Assembly: GCF_009914755.1 (NCBI RefSeq)
Contig: NC_060939.1
DNA from: the human T2T-CHM13v2.0 reference genome, Homo sapiens
DNA length: 64,000 nt
Strand: one strand, 5' to 3'
Part shown: piece by piece, positions 28,301 through 42,400 of the stretch
How the letters are laid out: every line of letters starts with the position of its first letter
How positions within the stretch are numbered: the first letter of the stretch is position 1
The notes under the pieces: generated by a model
What the model was told of the DNA's origin: nothing
Seen by the model: the letters and a program-made list of their open reading frames with translations, nothing else
Database searches by the model: none
Made by a program: the position numbers and the translations under genes

Positions 28301-31300
28301 TTCGAGACCATTGTTTTTGAGTCCATTCTATATGATTCCATTCCATTCAAGTCCATTACATTTGGTTAAATTCCATTCCATTCGGTTCAATTCCATTCCA
28401 TTCCATTCCCTTCCATTCCATTCCAGTTGATATCAATCCATTCGATTCCATTCCATTCGAGCACATTCCATTCGAGTCCATTCCATTCGATGCCATTCCA
28501 TTTGATTCTATTCTATTAGTCTCCATTCAATTCCATTAATCTCCATTCCATTCCATTCTACTCCAACTGATTCCATTCCATTCTATTCCTTTCCATTCCA
28601 TTTCATTCCATTCCATTCCATTCCATTCCATTCGTGTCCATTCCACTCCAGTCCATTCCATTCGTATCCATTCCATTCCAGTCCATTCCATTTGTGTCCA
28701 CTGCATTCCATTCCACTCCATTCCATATTATTCCATTACACTCCATTCCATTCTATTACTTTCATTTCCATTCAATTCCATTCCATTTGATTCCATTCCA
28801 CTCGGTTTCATTCCATTTGAGTCCACTCCATTCCATTCCATTCCATTCAGTTCCATTCCATTCTGTTCCATTCCATTCCGTTCCATTACATTCCATTCCA
28901 TTCGGTACCATTCCATATTGTTCCATTCGATTCCATTCGAATCCATTCCATTCCAGTCCATTCCATTCGATTCCATTCCATTCATTTCAATTCCATTCCA
29001 TTCCATTACATTACATTGCACTTGATTCCTCTCCATTCCCTTCCACTGTATTCCGTTCGATTCCATTCCATTGCATTGCATTCCATTCCATTGGATTGCA
29101 TTCCATTCGATTCCATTCCATTCGAATCAATTACATAGCAATCCATTACATTCGAGTCTATTCTATTCCGTTCCATTCGATTTCGTTCCAATCCATTCGA
29201 TTCCATTCCATTCGATTCCATTCCATACTATTGCATTCCATTCGATTACATTATATTCGAATAAGTTCCATTCAAGACCATTTCTTTTGAGTCCATTCTA
29301 TTTGAGTCCATTCCCTTTGATTCCATAACATTTGAGTCCATTCAATTCCATTCCTTTCGTTTCCATTCCATTTGATGCCATTCCATTCAATTCTGTTCTA
29401 CTCGACTCCAATACATTCAATTCCATTCCATCCGATTCCATTACATTCTTTTCATTTCTTATCCATTTCAAGCCATTCCACTCCATTCCATTCCACTCGT
29501 TTCCTTTCCATTCGAGTCCATTCCTCTCCAGTCCATTCCGTTCAATCCATTCCATTCCAGTCCATTCCATTCGAGTCCGTTCCATTCCAGTCCATTCCAT
29601 TCGAGTCAATTCCATTCCATTCGATGTCTTTCCATAACGATCCATTCCATTCTATTCCTTTCGATTCCATTCCATTCTATTTCATTCCATTCGATTCCCT
29701 TCCATTGGACTCCTTTCCATTCGAGTGCATTCCATTCCGTTCCATTTCTTTCCGTTCTGTACGATTCCTACCGTTCGATTTCATTTTCTTCCAGTCCATT
29801 CTTTCGCGTCCATTCTATTCCATTTCACTCCATTCGATTCCATTCCACTCGATTCCACTTCGTTCCATTTCATTGCATTCCATTCTATTCAACTCTATTG
29901 CCTTCCATTCCATTCCATTCGATTACATTCCATGCGACTCCATTCGAAATCGAATCAATTACATTGCAATCCATTACTATTGAGTCCGTTTTATTCCAGT
30001 CCACTGCATTCTGGTCCATTCCATTTTATTCCATTCCATTCTATTCCATTCCATACAGTTGCATTCCATTGGATTCCATGCTACATCTATAAATTCAATT
30101 CGAGACCATTGCTTTTGAGTCCATTCTATATGATTCCATTCCATTCAAGTCCATTACATTTGGTTAAATTCCATTCCATTCGGTTCAATTCCATTCCATT
30201 CCATTCCCTTCCATTCCATTCCAATTGATATCAATCCATTCGATTCCATTCCATTCGAGCACATTCCATTCGAGTCCATTCCATTCGATGCCATTCCATT
30301 TGATTCTATTCCATTAGTCTCCATTCAATTCCATTAATCTCCATTCCATTCCATTCTACTCCAACTGATTCCATTCCATTCTATTCCTTTTTATTCCATT
30401 CCATTCCATTCCATTCCATTCCATTCCATTCTTGTCCATTCCACTCCAGTCCATTCCATTCGTATCCATTCCATTCCAGTCCATTCCATTTGTGTCCACT
30501 GCATTCCATTCCACTCCATTCCATATTATTCCATTACACTCCATTCCATTCTATTACTTTCATTTCCATTCAATTCCATTCCATTTGATTCCATTCCACT
30601 CGGTTTCATTCCATTTGAGTCCACTCCATTCCATTCCATTCCATTCAGTTCCATTCCATTCTGTTCCATTCCATTCCGTTCCATTACATTCCATTCCATT
30701 CGGTACCATTCCATATTGTTCCATTCGATTCCATTCGAATCCATTCCATTCCAGTCCATTCCATTCGATTCCATTCCATTCATTTCAATTCCATTCCATT
30801 CCATTCCATTACATTCCACTTGATTCCTCTCCATTCCCTTCCACTGCATTCCGTTCGATTCCATTCCATTGCATTGCATTCCATTCCATTGGATTGCATT
30901 CCATTCGATTCCATTCCATTCGAATCAATTACATAGCAATCCATTACATTCGAGTCTATTCTCTTCCGTTCCATTCGATTTCGTTCCAATCCATTCGATT
31001 CCATTCCATTCGATTCCATTCCATACTATTGCATTCCATTCTATTACATTATATTCGAATAAGTTCCATTCAAGACCATTTCTTTTGAGTCCATTCTATT
31101 TGAGTCCATTCCCTTTGATTCCATAACATTTGAGTCCATTCAATTCCATTCCTTTCGTTTCCATTCCATTTGATGCCATTCCATTCAATTCTGTTCTACT
31201 CGACTCCAATACATTCAATTCCATTCCATCCGATTCCATTACATTCTTTTCATTTCTTATCCATTTCAAGCCATTCCACTCCATTCCATTCCACTCGTTT

Positions 31301-31749
31301 CCTTTCCATTCGAGTCCATTCCTCTCCAGTCCATTCCGTTCAATCCATTCCATTCCAGTCCATTCCATTCGAGTCCGTTCCATTCCAGTCCATTCCATTC
31401 GAGTCAATTCCATTCCATTCGATGTCTTTCCATAACGATCCATTCCATTCTATTCCTTTCGATTCCATTCCATTCTATTTCATTCCATTCGATTCCCTTC
31501 CATTGGACTCCTTTCCATTCGAGTGCATTCCATTCCGTTCCATTTCTTTCTGTTCTGTACGATTCCTACCGTTCGATTTCATTTTCTTCCAGTCCATTCT
31601 TTCGCGTCCATTCCATTCCATTTCACTCCATTCGATTCCATTCCACTCGATTCCACTTCGTTCCATTTCATTGCATTCCATTCTATTCAACTCTATTGCC
31701 TTCCATTCCATTCCATTCGATTACATTCCATGCGACTCCATTCGAAATC

Positions 31750-32780
31750 GAATCAATTACATTGCAAACCATTACTATTGAGTCCGTTTTATTCCAGTCC
31801 ACTGCATTCTGGTCCATTCCATTTGATTCCATTCCATTCTATTCCATTCCATACAGTTGCATTCCATTGGATTCCATGCTATATCTATAAATTCAATTCG
31901 AGACCATTGCTTTTGAGTCCATTCTATATGATTCCATTCCATTCAAGTCCATTACATTTGGTTCAATTCCATTCCATTCCATTCCCTTTCATTCCATTCC
32001 ATTTGATATCAATCCATTCGATTCCATTCCATTCGAGCACATTCCATTCGAGTCCATTCCATTCGATGCCATTCCATTTGATTCTATTCCATTAGTCTCC
32101 ATTCAATTCCATTAATCTCCATTCCATTCCATTCTACTCCAACTGATTCCATTCCATTCTATTCCTTTCCATTCCATTTCATTCCATTCCATTCCACTCC
32201 ATTCCATTCCATTCCATTCCACTCCATTCCATTCCATTCCATTCCATTCGTGTCCATTCCACTCCAGTCCATTCCATTCGTGTCCATTCCATTCCAGTCC
32301 ATTCCATTTGTGTCCACTGCATTCCATTCCACTCCATTCCATATTATTCCATTACACTCCATTCCATTCTATTACTTTCATTTCCATTCAATTCCATTCC
32401 ATTTGATTCCATTCCACTCGGTTTCATTCCATTTGAGTTCACTCCATTCCATTCCATTCCATTCCATTCAGTTCCATTCCATTCCGTTCCATTACATTCC
32501 ATTCCATTCGGTACCATTCCATATTGTTCCATTCGATTCCATTCGAATCCATTCCATTGCAGTCCATTCCATTCGATTCCATTCCATTCATTTCAATTCC
32601 ATTCCATTCCATTCCATTCCATTCCACTTGATTCCTCTCCATTCCCTTCCACTGCATTCCGTTCGATTCCATTCCATTGCATTGCATTCCATTCCATTGG
32701 ATTGCATTCCATTCGATTCCATTCCATTCGAATCAATTACATAGCAATCCATTACATTCGAGTCTATTCTATTCCGTTCC
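31750..32780 (+). repeat. Type-B variant monomer segment (copy 2) with expanded 14-pentamer tract
   Basis: GCAAACC (~31765), 20-bp-short GGTTCAATT, GAGTTCACT, TTGCAGTCC. Tract 32180-32249 has CACTC twice, 25 bp apart. Confidence 0.85.
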
Positions 32781-35700
32781 ATTCGATTTCGTTCCAATCC
32801 ATTCGATTCCATTCCATTCGATTCCATTCCATACTATTGCATTCCATTCGATTACATTATATTCGAATAAGTTCCATTCAAGACCATTTCTTTTGAGTCC
32901 ATTCTATTTGAGTCCATTCCCTTTGATTCCATAACATTTGAGTCCATTCAATTCCATTCCTTTCGTTTCCATTCCATTTGATGCCATTCCATTCAATTCT
33001 GTTCTACTCGACTCCAATACATTCAATTCCATTCCATCCGATTCCATTACATTCTTTTCATTTCTTATCCATTTCAAGCCATTCCACTCCATTCCATTCC
33101 ACTCGTTTCCTTTCCATTCGAGTCCATTCCTCTCCAGTCCATTCCGTTCAATCCATTCCATTCCAGTCCATTCCATTCGAGTCCGTTCCATTCCAGTCCA
33201 TTCCATTCGAGTCAATTCCATTCCATTCGATGTCTTTCCATAACGATCCATTCCATTCTATTCCTTTCGATTCCATTCCATTCTATTTCATTCCATTCGA
33301 TTCCCTTCCATTGGACTCCTTTCCATTCGAGTGCATTCCATTCCGTTCCATTTCTTTCCGTTCTGTACGATTCCTACCGTTCGATTTCATTTTCTTCCAG
33401 TCCATTCTTTCGCGTCCATGCCATTCCATTTCACTCCATTCGATTCCATTCCACTCGATTCCACTTCGTTCCATTTCATTGCATTCCATTCTATTCAACT
33501 CTATTGCCTTCCATTCCATTCCATTCGATTACATTCCATGCGATTCCATTCGAAATCGAATCAATTACATTGCAATCCATTACTATTGAGTCCGTTTTAT
33601 TCCAGTCCACTGCATTCTGGTCCATTCCATTTGATTCCATTCCATTCTATTCCATTCCATACAGTTGCATTCCATTGGATTCCATGCTATATCTATAAAT
33701 TCAATTCGAGACCATTGCTTTTGAGTCCATTCTATATGATTCCATTCCATTCAAGTCCATTACATTTGGTTAAATTCCATTCCATTCGGTTCAATTCCAT
33801 TCCATTCCATTCCCTTCCATTCCATTCCAGTTGATATCAATCCATTCGATTCCATTCCATTCGAGCACATTCCATTCGAATCCATTCCATTCGATGCCAT
33901 TCCATTTGATTCTATTCCATTAGTCTCCATTCAATTCCATTAATCTCCATTCCATTCCATTCTACTCCAACTGATTCCATTCCATTCTATTCCTTTCCAT
34001 TCCATTTCATTCCATTCCATTCCATTCCATTCCATTCCATTCCATTCGTGTCCATTCCACTCCAGTCCATTCCATTCGTATCCATTCCATTCCAGTCCAT
34101 TCCATTTGTGTCCACTGCATTCCATTCCACTCCATTCCATATTATTCCATTACACTCCATTCCATTCTATTACTTTCATTTCCATTCAATTCCATTCCAT
34201 TTGATTCCATTCCACTCGGTTTCATTCCATTTGAGTCCACTCCATTCCATTCCATTCCATTCAGTTCCATTCCATTCTGTTCCATTCCATTCCGTTCCAT
34301 TACATTCCATTCCATTCGGTACCATTCCATATTGTTCCATTCGATTCCATTCGAATCCATTCCATTCCAGTCCATTCCATTCGATTCCATTCCATTCATT
34401 TCAATTCCATTCCATTCCATTCCATTACATTCCACTTGATTCCTCTCCATTCCCTTCCACTGCATTCCGTTCGATTCCATTCCATTGCATTGCATTCCAT
34501 TCCATTGGATTGCATTCCATTCGATTCCATTCCATTCGAATCAATTACATAGCAATCCATTACATTCGAGTCTATTCTCTTCCGTTCCATTCGATTTCGT
34601 TCCAATCCATTCGATTCCATTCCATTCGATTCCATTCCATACTATTGCATTCCATTCGATTACATTATATTCGAATAAGTTCCATTCAAGACCATTTCTT
34701 TTGAGTCCATTCTATTTGAGTCCATTCCCTTTGATTCCATAACATTTGAGTCCATTCAATTCCATTCCTTTCGTTTCCATTCCATTTGATGCCATTCCAT
34801 TCAATTCTGTTCTACTCGACTCCAATACATTCAATTCCATTCCATCCGATTCCATTACATTCTTTTCATTTCTTATCCATTTCAAGCCATTCCACTCCAT
34901 TCCATTCCACTCGTTTCCTTTCCATTCGAGTCCATTCCTCTCCAGTCCATTCCGTTCAATCCATTCCATTCCAGTCCATTCCATTCGAGTCCGTTCCATT
35001 CCAGTCCATTCCATTCGAGTCAATTCCATTCCATTCGATGTCTTTCCATAACGATCCATTCCATTCTATTCCTTTCGATTCCATTCCATTCTATTTCATT
35101 CCATTCGATTCCCTTCCATTGGACTCCTTTCCATTCGAGTGCATTCCATTCCGTTCCATTTCTTTCCGTTCTGTACGATTCCTACCGTTCGATTTCATTT
35201 TGTTCCAGTCCATTCTTTCGCGTCCATTCATTCCATTTCACTCCATTCGATTCCATTCCACTCGATTCCACTTCGTTCCATTTCATTGCATTCCATTCTA
35301 TTCAACTCTATTGCCTTCCATTCCATTCCATTCGATTACATTCCATGCGATTCCATTCGAAATCGAATCAATTACATTGCAATCCATTACTATTGAGTCC
35401 GTTTTATTCCAGTCCACTGCATTCTGGTCCATTCCATTTGATTCCATTCCATTCTATTCCATTCCATACAGTTGCATTCCATTGGATTCCATGCTATATC
35501 TATAAATTCAATTCGAGACCATTGCTTTTGAGTCCATTCTATATGATTCCATTCCATTCAAGTCCATTACATTTGGTTAAATTCCATTCCATTCGGTTCA
35601 ATTCCATTCCATTCCATTCCCTTCCATTCCATTCCAGTTGATATCAATCCATTCGATTCCATTCCATTCGAGCACATTCCATTCGAGTCCATTCCATTCG

Positions 35701-36479
35701 ATGCCATTCCATTTGATTCTATTCCATTAGTCTCCATTCAATTCCATTAATCTCCATTCCATTCCATTCTACTCCAACTGATTCCATTCCATTCTATTCC
35801 TTTCCATTCCATTTCATTCCATTCCATTCCATTCCATTCCATTCCATTCCATTCCATTCGTGTCCATTCCACTCCAGTCCATTCCATTCGTATCCATTCC
35901 ATTCCAGTCCATTCCATTTGTGTCCACTGCATTCCATTCCACTCCATTCCATATTATTCCATTACACTCCATTCCATTCTATTACTTTCATTTCCATTCA
36001 ATTCCATTCCATTTGATTCCATTCCACTCGGTTTCATTCCATTTGAGTCCACTCCATTCCATTCCATTCCATTCAGTTCCATTCCATTCTGTTCCATTCC
36101 ATTCCGTTCCATTACATTCCATTCCATTCGGTACCATTCCATATTGTTCCATTCGATTCCATTCGAATCCATTCCATTCCAGTCCATTCCATTCGATTCC
36201 ATTCCATTCATTTCAATTCCATTCCATTCCATTCCATTACATTCCACTTGATTCCTCTCCATTCCCTTCCACTGCATTCCGTTCGATTCCATTCCATTGC
36301 ATTGCATTCCATTCCATTGGATTGCATTCCATTCGATTTCATTCCATTCGAATCAATTACATAGCAATCCATTACATTCGAGTCTATTCTCTTCCGTTCC
36401 ATTCGATTTCGTTCCAATCCATTCGATTCCATTCCATTCGATTCCATTCCATACTATTGCATTCCATTCTATTACATTA

Positions 36480-39400
36480 TATTCGAATAAGTTCCATTCA
36501 AGACCATTTCTTTTGAGTCCATTCTATTTGAGTCCATTCCCTTTGATTCCATAACATTTGAGTCCATTCAATTCCATTCCTTTCGTTTCCATTCCATTTG
36601 ATGCCATTCCATTCAATTCTGTTCTACTCGACTCCAATACATTCAATTCCATTCCATCCGATTCCATTACATTCTTTTCATTTCTTATCCATTTCAAGCC
36701 ATTCCACTCCATTCCATTCCACTCGTTTCCTTTCCATTCGAGTCCATTCCTCTCCAGTCCATTCCGTTCAATCCATTCCATTCCAGTCCATTCCATTCGA
36801 GTCCGTTCCATTCCAGTCCATTCCATTCGAGTCAATTCCATTCCATTCGATGTCTTTCCATAACGATCCATTCCATTCTATTCCTTTCGATTCCATTCCA
36901 TTCTATTTCATTCCATTCGATTCCCTTCCATTGGACTCCTTTCCATTCGAGTGCATTCCATTCCGTTCCATTTCTTTCCGTTCTGTACGATTCCTACCGT
37001 TCGATTTCATTTTGTTCCAGTCCATTCTTTCGCGTCCATTCATTCCATTTCACTCCATTCGATTCCATTCCACTCGATTCCACTTCGTTCCATTTCATTG
37101 CATTCCATTCTATTCAACTCTATTGCCTTCCATTCCATTCCATTCGATTACATTCCATGCGATTCCATTCAAAATCGAATCAATTACATTGCAATCCATT
37201 ACTATTGAGTCCGTTTTATTCCAGTCCACTGCATTCTGGTCCATTCCATTTGATTCCATTCCATTCTATTCCATTCCATACAGTTGCATTCCATTGGATT
37301 CCATGCTATATCTATAAATTCAATTCGAGACCATTGCTTTTGAGTCCATTCTATATGATTCCATTCCATTCAAGTCCATTACATTTGGTTAAATTCCATT
37401 CCATTCGGTTCAATTCCATTCCATTCCATTCCCTTCCATTCCATTCCAGTTGATATCAATCCATTCGATTCCATTCCATTCGAGCACATTCCATTCGAGT
37501 CCATTCCATTCGATGCCATTCCATTTGATTCTATTCCATTAGTCTCCATTCAATTCCATTAATCTCCATTCCATTCCATTCTACTCCAACTGATTCCATT
37601 CCATTCTATTCCTTTCCATTCCATTTCATTCCATTCCATTCCATTCCATTCCATTCCATTCCATTCCATTCGTGTCCATTCCACTCCAGTCCATTCCATT
37701 CGTATCCATTCCATTCCAGTCCATTCCATTTGTGTCCACTGCATTCCATTCCACTCCATTCCATATTATTCCATTACACTCCATTCCATTCTATTACTTT
37801 CATTTCCATTCAATTCCATTCCATTTGATTCCATTCCACTCGGTTTCATTCCATTTGAGTCCACTCCATTCCATTCCATTCCATTCAGTTCCATTCCATT
37901 CTGTTCCATTCCATTCCGTTCCATTACATTCCATTCCATTCGGTACCATTCCATATTGTTCCATTCGATTCCATTCGAATCCATTCCATTCCAGTCCATT
38001 CCATTCGATTCCATTCCATTCATTTCAATTCCATTCCATTCCATTCCATTACATTCCACTTGATTCCTCTCCATTCCCTTCCACTGCATTCCGTTCGATT
38101 CCATTCCATTGCATTGCATTCCATTCCATTGGATTGCATTCCATTCGATTCCATTCCATTCGAATCAATTACGTAGCAATCCATTACATTCGAGTGTATT
38201 CTCTTCCGTTCCATTCGATTTCGTTCCAATCCATTCGATTCCATTCCATTCGATTCCATTCCATACTATTGCATTCCATTCGATTACATTATATTCGAAT
38301 AAGTTCCATTCAAGACCATTTCTTTTGAGTCCATTCTATTTGAGTCCATTCCCTTTGATTCCATAACATTTGAGTCCATTCAATTCCATTCCTTTCGTTT
38401 CCATTCCATTTGATGCCATTCCATTCAATTCTGTTCTACTCGACTCCAATACATTCAATTCCATTCCATCCGATTCCATTACATTCTTTTCATTTCTTAT
38501 CCATTTCAAGCCATTCCACTCCATTCCATTCCACTCGTTTCCTTTCCATTCGAGTCCATTCCTCTCCAGTCCATTCCGTTCAATCCATTCCATTCCAGTC
38601 CATTCCATTCGAGTCCGTTCCATTCCAGTCCATTCCATTCGAGTCAATTCCATTCCATTCGATGTCTTTCCATAACCATCCATTCCATTCTATTCCTTTC
38701 GATTCCATTCCATTCTATTTCATTCCATTCGATTCCCTTCCATTGGACTCCTTTCCATTCGAGTGCATTCCATTCCGTTCCATTTCTTTCCGTTCTGTAC
38801 GATTCCTACCGTTCGATTTCATTTTGTTCCAGTCCATTCCTTTCGCGTCCATTCCATTCCATTTCACTCCATTCGATTCCATTCCACTCGATTCCACTTC
38901 GTTCCATTTCATTGCATTCCATTCTATTCAACTCTATTGCCTTCCATTCCATTCCATTCGATTACATTCCATGCGATTCCATTCGAAATCGAATCAATTA
39001 CATTGCAAACCATTACTATTGAGTCCGTTTTATTCCAGTCCACTGCATTCTGGTCCATTCCATTTGATTCCATTCCATTCTATTCCATTCCATACAGTTG
39101 CATTCCATTGGATTCCATGCTATATCTATAAATTCAATTCGAGACCATTGCTTTTGAGTCCATTCTATATGATTCCATTCCATTCAAGTCCATTACATTT
39201 GGTTCAATTCCATTCCATTCCATTCCCTTTCATTCCATTCCATTTGATATCAATCCATTCGATTCCATTCCATTCGAGCACATTCCATTCGAGTCCATTC
39301 CATTCGATGCCATTCCATTTGATTCTATTCCATTAGTCTCCATTCAATTCCATTAATCTCCATTCCATTCCATTCTACTCCTACTGATTCAATTCCATTC

Positions 39401-42400
39401 TATTCCTTTCCATTCCATTTCATTCCATTCCATTCCATTTCATTCCATTCCATTCCATTCGTGTCCATTCCACTCCAGTCCATTCCATTCGTGTCCATTC
39501 CATTCCAGTCCATTCCATTTGTGTCCACTGCATTCCATTCCACTCCATTCCATATTATTCCATTACACTCCATTCCATTCTATTACTTTCATTTCCATTC
39601 AATTCCATTCCATTTGATTCCATTCCACTCGGTTTCATTCCATTTGAGTCCACTCCATTCCATTCCATTAAATTCCATTCAGTTCCATTCCATTCCGTTC
39701 CATAACATTCCATTCCATTCGGTACCATTACATATTGTTCCATTCGATTCCATTCGAATCCATTCCATTCCAGTCCATTCCATTCGATTCCATTCCATTC
39801 ATTTCAATTCCATTCCATTCCATTCCATTCCATTCCACTTGATTCCTCTCCATTCCCTTCCACTGCATTCCGTTCGATTCCATTCCATTGCATTGCATTC
39901 CATTCCATTGGATTGCATTCCATTCGATTCCATTCCATTCGAATCAATTACATAGCAATCCATTACATTCGAGTCTATTCTATTCCGTTCCATTCGATTT
40001 CGTTCCAATCCATTCGATTCCATTCCATTCGATTCCATTCCATACTATTGCATTCCATTCGATTACATTATATTCGAATAAGTTCCATTCAAGACCATTT
40101 CTTTTGAGTCCATTCTATTTGAGTCCATTCCCTTTGATTCCATAACATTTGAGTCCATTCAATTCCATTCCTTTCGTTTCCATTCCATTTGATGCCATTC
40201 CATTCAATTCTGTTCTACTCGACTCCAATACATTCAATTCCATTCCATCCGATTCCATTACATTCTTTTCATTTCTTATCCATTTCAAGCCATTCCACTC
40301 CATTCCATTCCACTCGTTTCCTTTCCATTCGAGTCCATTCCTCTCCAGTCCATTCCGTTCAATCCATTCCATTCCAGTCCATTCCATTCGAGTCCGTTCC
40401 ATTCCAGTCCATTCCATTCGAGTCAATTCCATCCCATTCGATGTCTTTCCATAACGATCCATTCCACTCTATTCCTTTCGATTCCATTCCATTCTATTTC
40501 ATTCCATTCGATTCCCTTCCATTTTACTCCTTTCCATTCGAGTGCATTCCATTCCGTTCCATTTCTTTCCGTTCTGTACGATTCCTACCGTTCGATTTCA
40601 TTTTCTTCCAGTCCATTCTTTCGCGTCCATGCCATTCCATTTCACTCCATTCGATTCCATTCCACTCGATTCCACTCCGTTCCATTTCATTGCATTCCAT
40701 TCTATTCAACTCTATTGCCTTCCATTCCATTCCATTCGATTACATTCCATGCGATTCCATTCGAAATCGAATCAATTACATTGCAATCCATTACTATTGA
40801 GTCCGTTTTATTCCAGTCCACTGCATTCTGGTCCATTCCATTTGATTCCATTCCATTCTATTCCATTCCATACAGTTGCATTCCATTGGATTCCATGCTA
40901 TATCTATAAATTCAATTCGAGACCATTGCTTTTGAGTCCATTCTATATGATTCCATTCCATTCAAGTCCATTACATTTGGTTAAATTCCATTCCATTCGG
41001 TTCAATTCCATTCCATTCCATTCCCTTCCATTCCATTCCAGTTGATATCAATCCATTCGATTCCATTCCATTCGAGCACATTCCATTCGAATCCATTCCA
41101 TTCGATGCCATTCCATTTGATTCTATTCCATTAGTCTCCATTCAATTCCATTAATCTCCATTCCATTCCATTCTACTCCAACTGATTCCATTCCATTCTA
41201 TTCCTTTCCATTCCATTTCATTCCATTCCATTCCATTCCATTCCATTCGTGTCCATTCCACTCCAGTCCATTCCATTCGTATCCATTGCATTCCAGTCCA
41301 TTCCATTTGTGTCCACTGCATTCCATTCCACTCCATTCCATATTATTCCATTACACTCCATTCCATTCTATTACTTTCATTTCCATTCAATTCCATTCCA
41401 TTTGATTCCATTCCACTCGGTTTCATTCCATTTGAGTCCACTCCATTCCATTCCATTCCATTCAGTTCCATTCCATTCTGTTCCATTCCATTCCGTTCCA
41501 TTACATTCCATTCCATTCGGTACCATTCCATATTGTTCCATTCGATTCCATTCGAATCCATTCCATTCCAGTCCATTCCATTCGATTCCATTCCATTCAT
41601 TTCAATTCCATTCCATTCCATTCCATTACATTCCACTTGATTCCTCTCCATTCCCTTCCACTGCATTCCGTTCGATTCCATTCCATTGCATTGCATTCCA
41701 TTCCATTGGATTGCATTCCATTCGATTCCATTCCATTCGAATCAATTACATAGCAATCCATTACATTCGAGTCTATTCTCTTCCGTTCCATTCGATTTCG
41801 TTCCAATCCATTCGATTCCATTCCATTCGATTCCATTCCATACTATTGCATTTCATTCGATTACATTATATTCGAATAAGTTCCATTCAAGACCATTTCT
41901 TTTGAGTCCATTCTATTTGAGTCCATTCCCTTTGATTCCATAACATTTGAGTCCATTCAATTCCATTCCTTTCGTTTCCATTCCATTTGATGCCATTCCA
42001 TTCAATTCTGTTCTACTCGACTCCAATACATTCAATTCCATTCCATCCGATTCCATTACATTCTTTTCATTTCTTATCCATTTCAAGCCATTCCACTCCA
42101 TTCCATTCCACTCGTTTCCTTTCCATTCGAGTCCATTCCTCTCCAGTCCATTCCGTTCAATCCATTCCATTCCAGTCCATTCCATTCGAGTCCGTTCCAT
42201 TCCAGTCCATTCCATTCGAGTCAATTCCATTCCATTCGATGTCTTTCCATAACGATCCATTCCACTCTATTCCTTTCGATTCCATTCCATTCTATTTCAT
42301 TCCATTCGATTCCCTTCCATTGGACTCCTTTCCATTCGAGTGCATTCCATTCCGTTCCATTTCTTTCCGTTCTGTACGATTCCTACCGTTCGATTTCATT

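Noticed and set aside
38410-39336. Longest ORFs (308 aa at 38410, 45601, 58477)
   Set aside because: They arise only because the type-B +1 C and 20-bp difference fuse neighbouring artefactual frames; there is no evidence of coding constraint.
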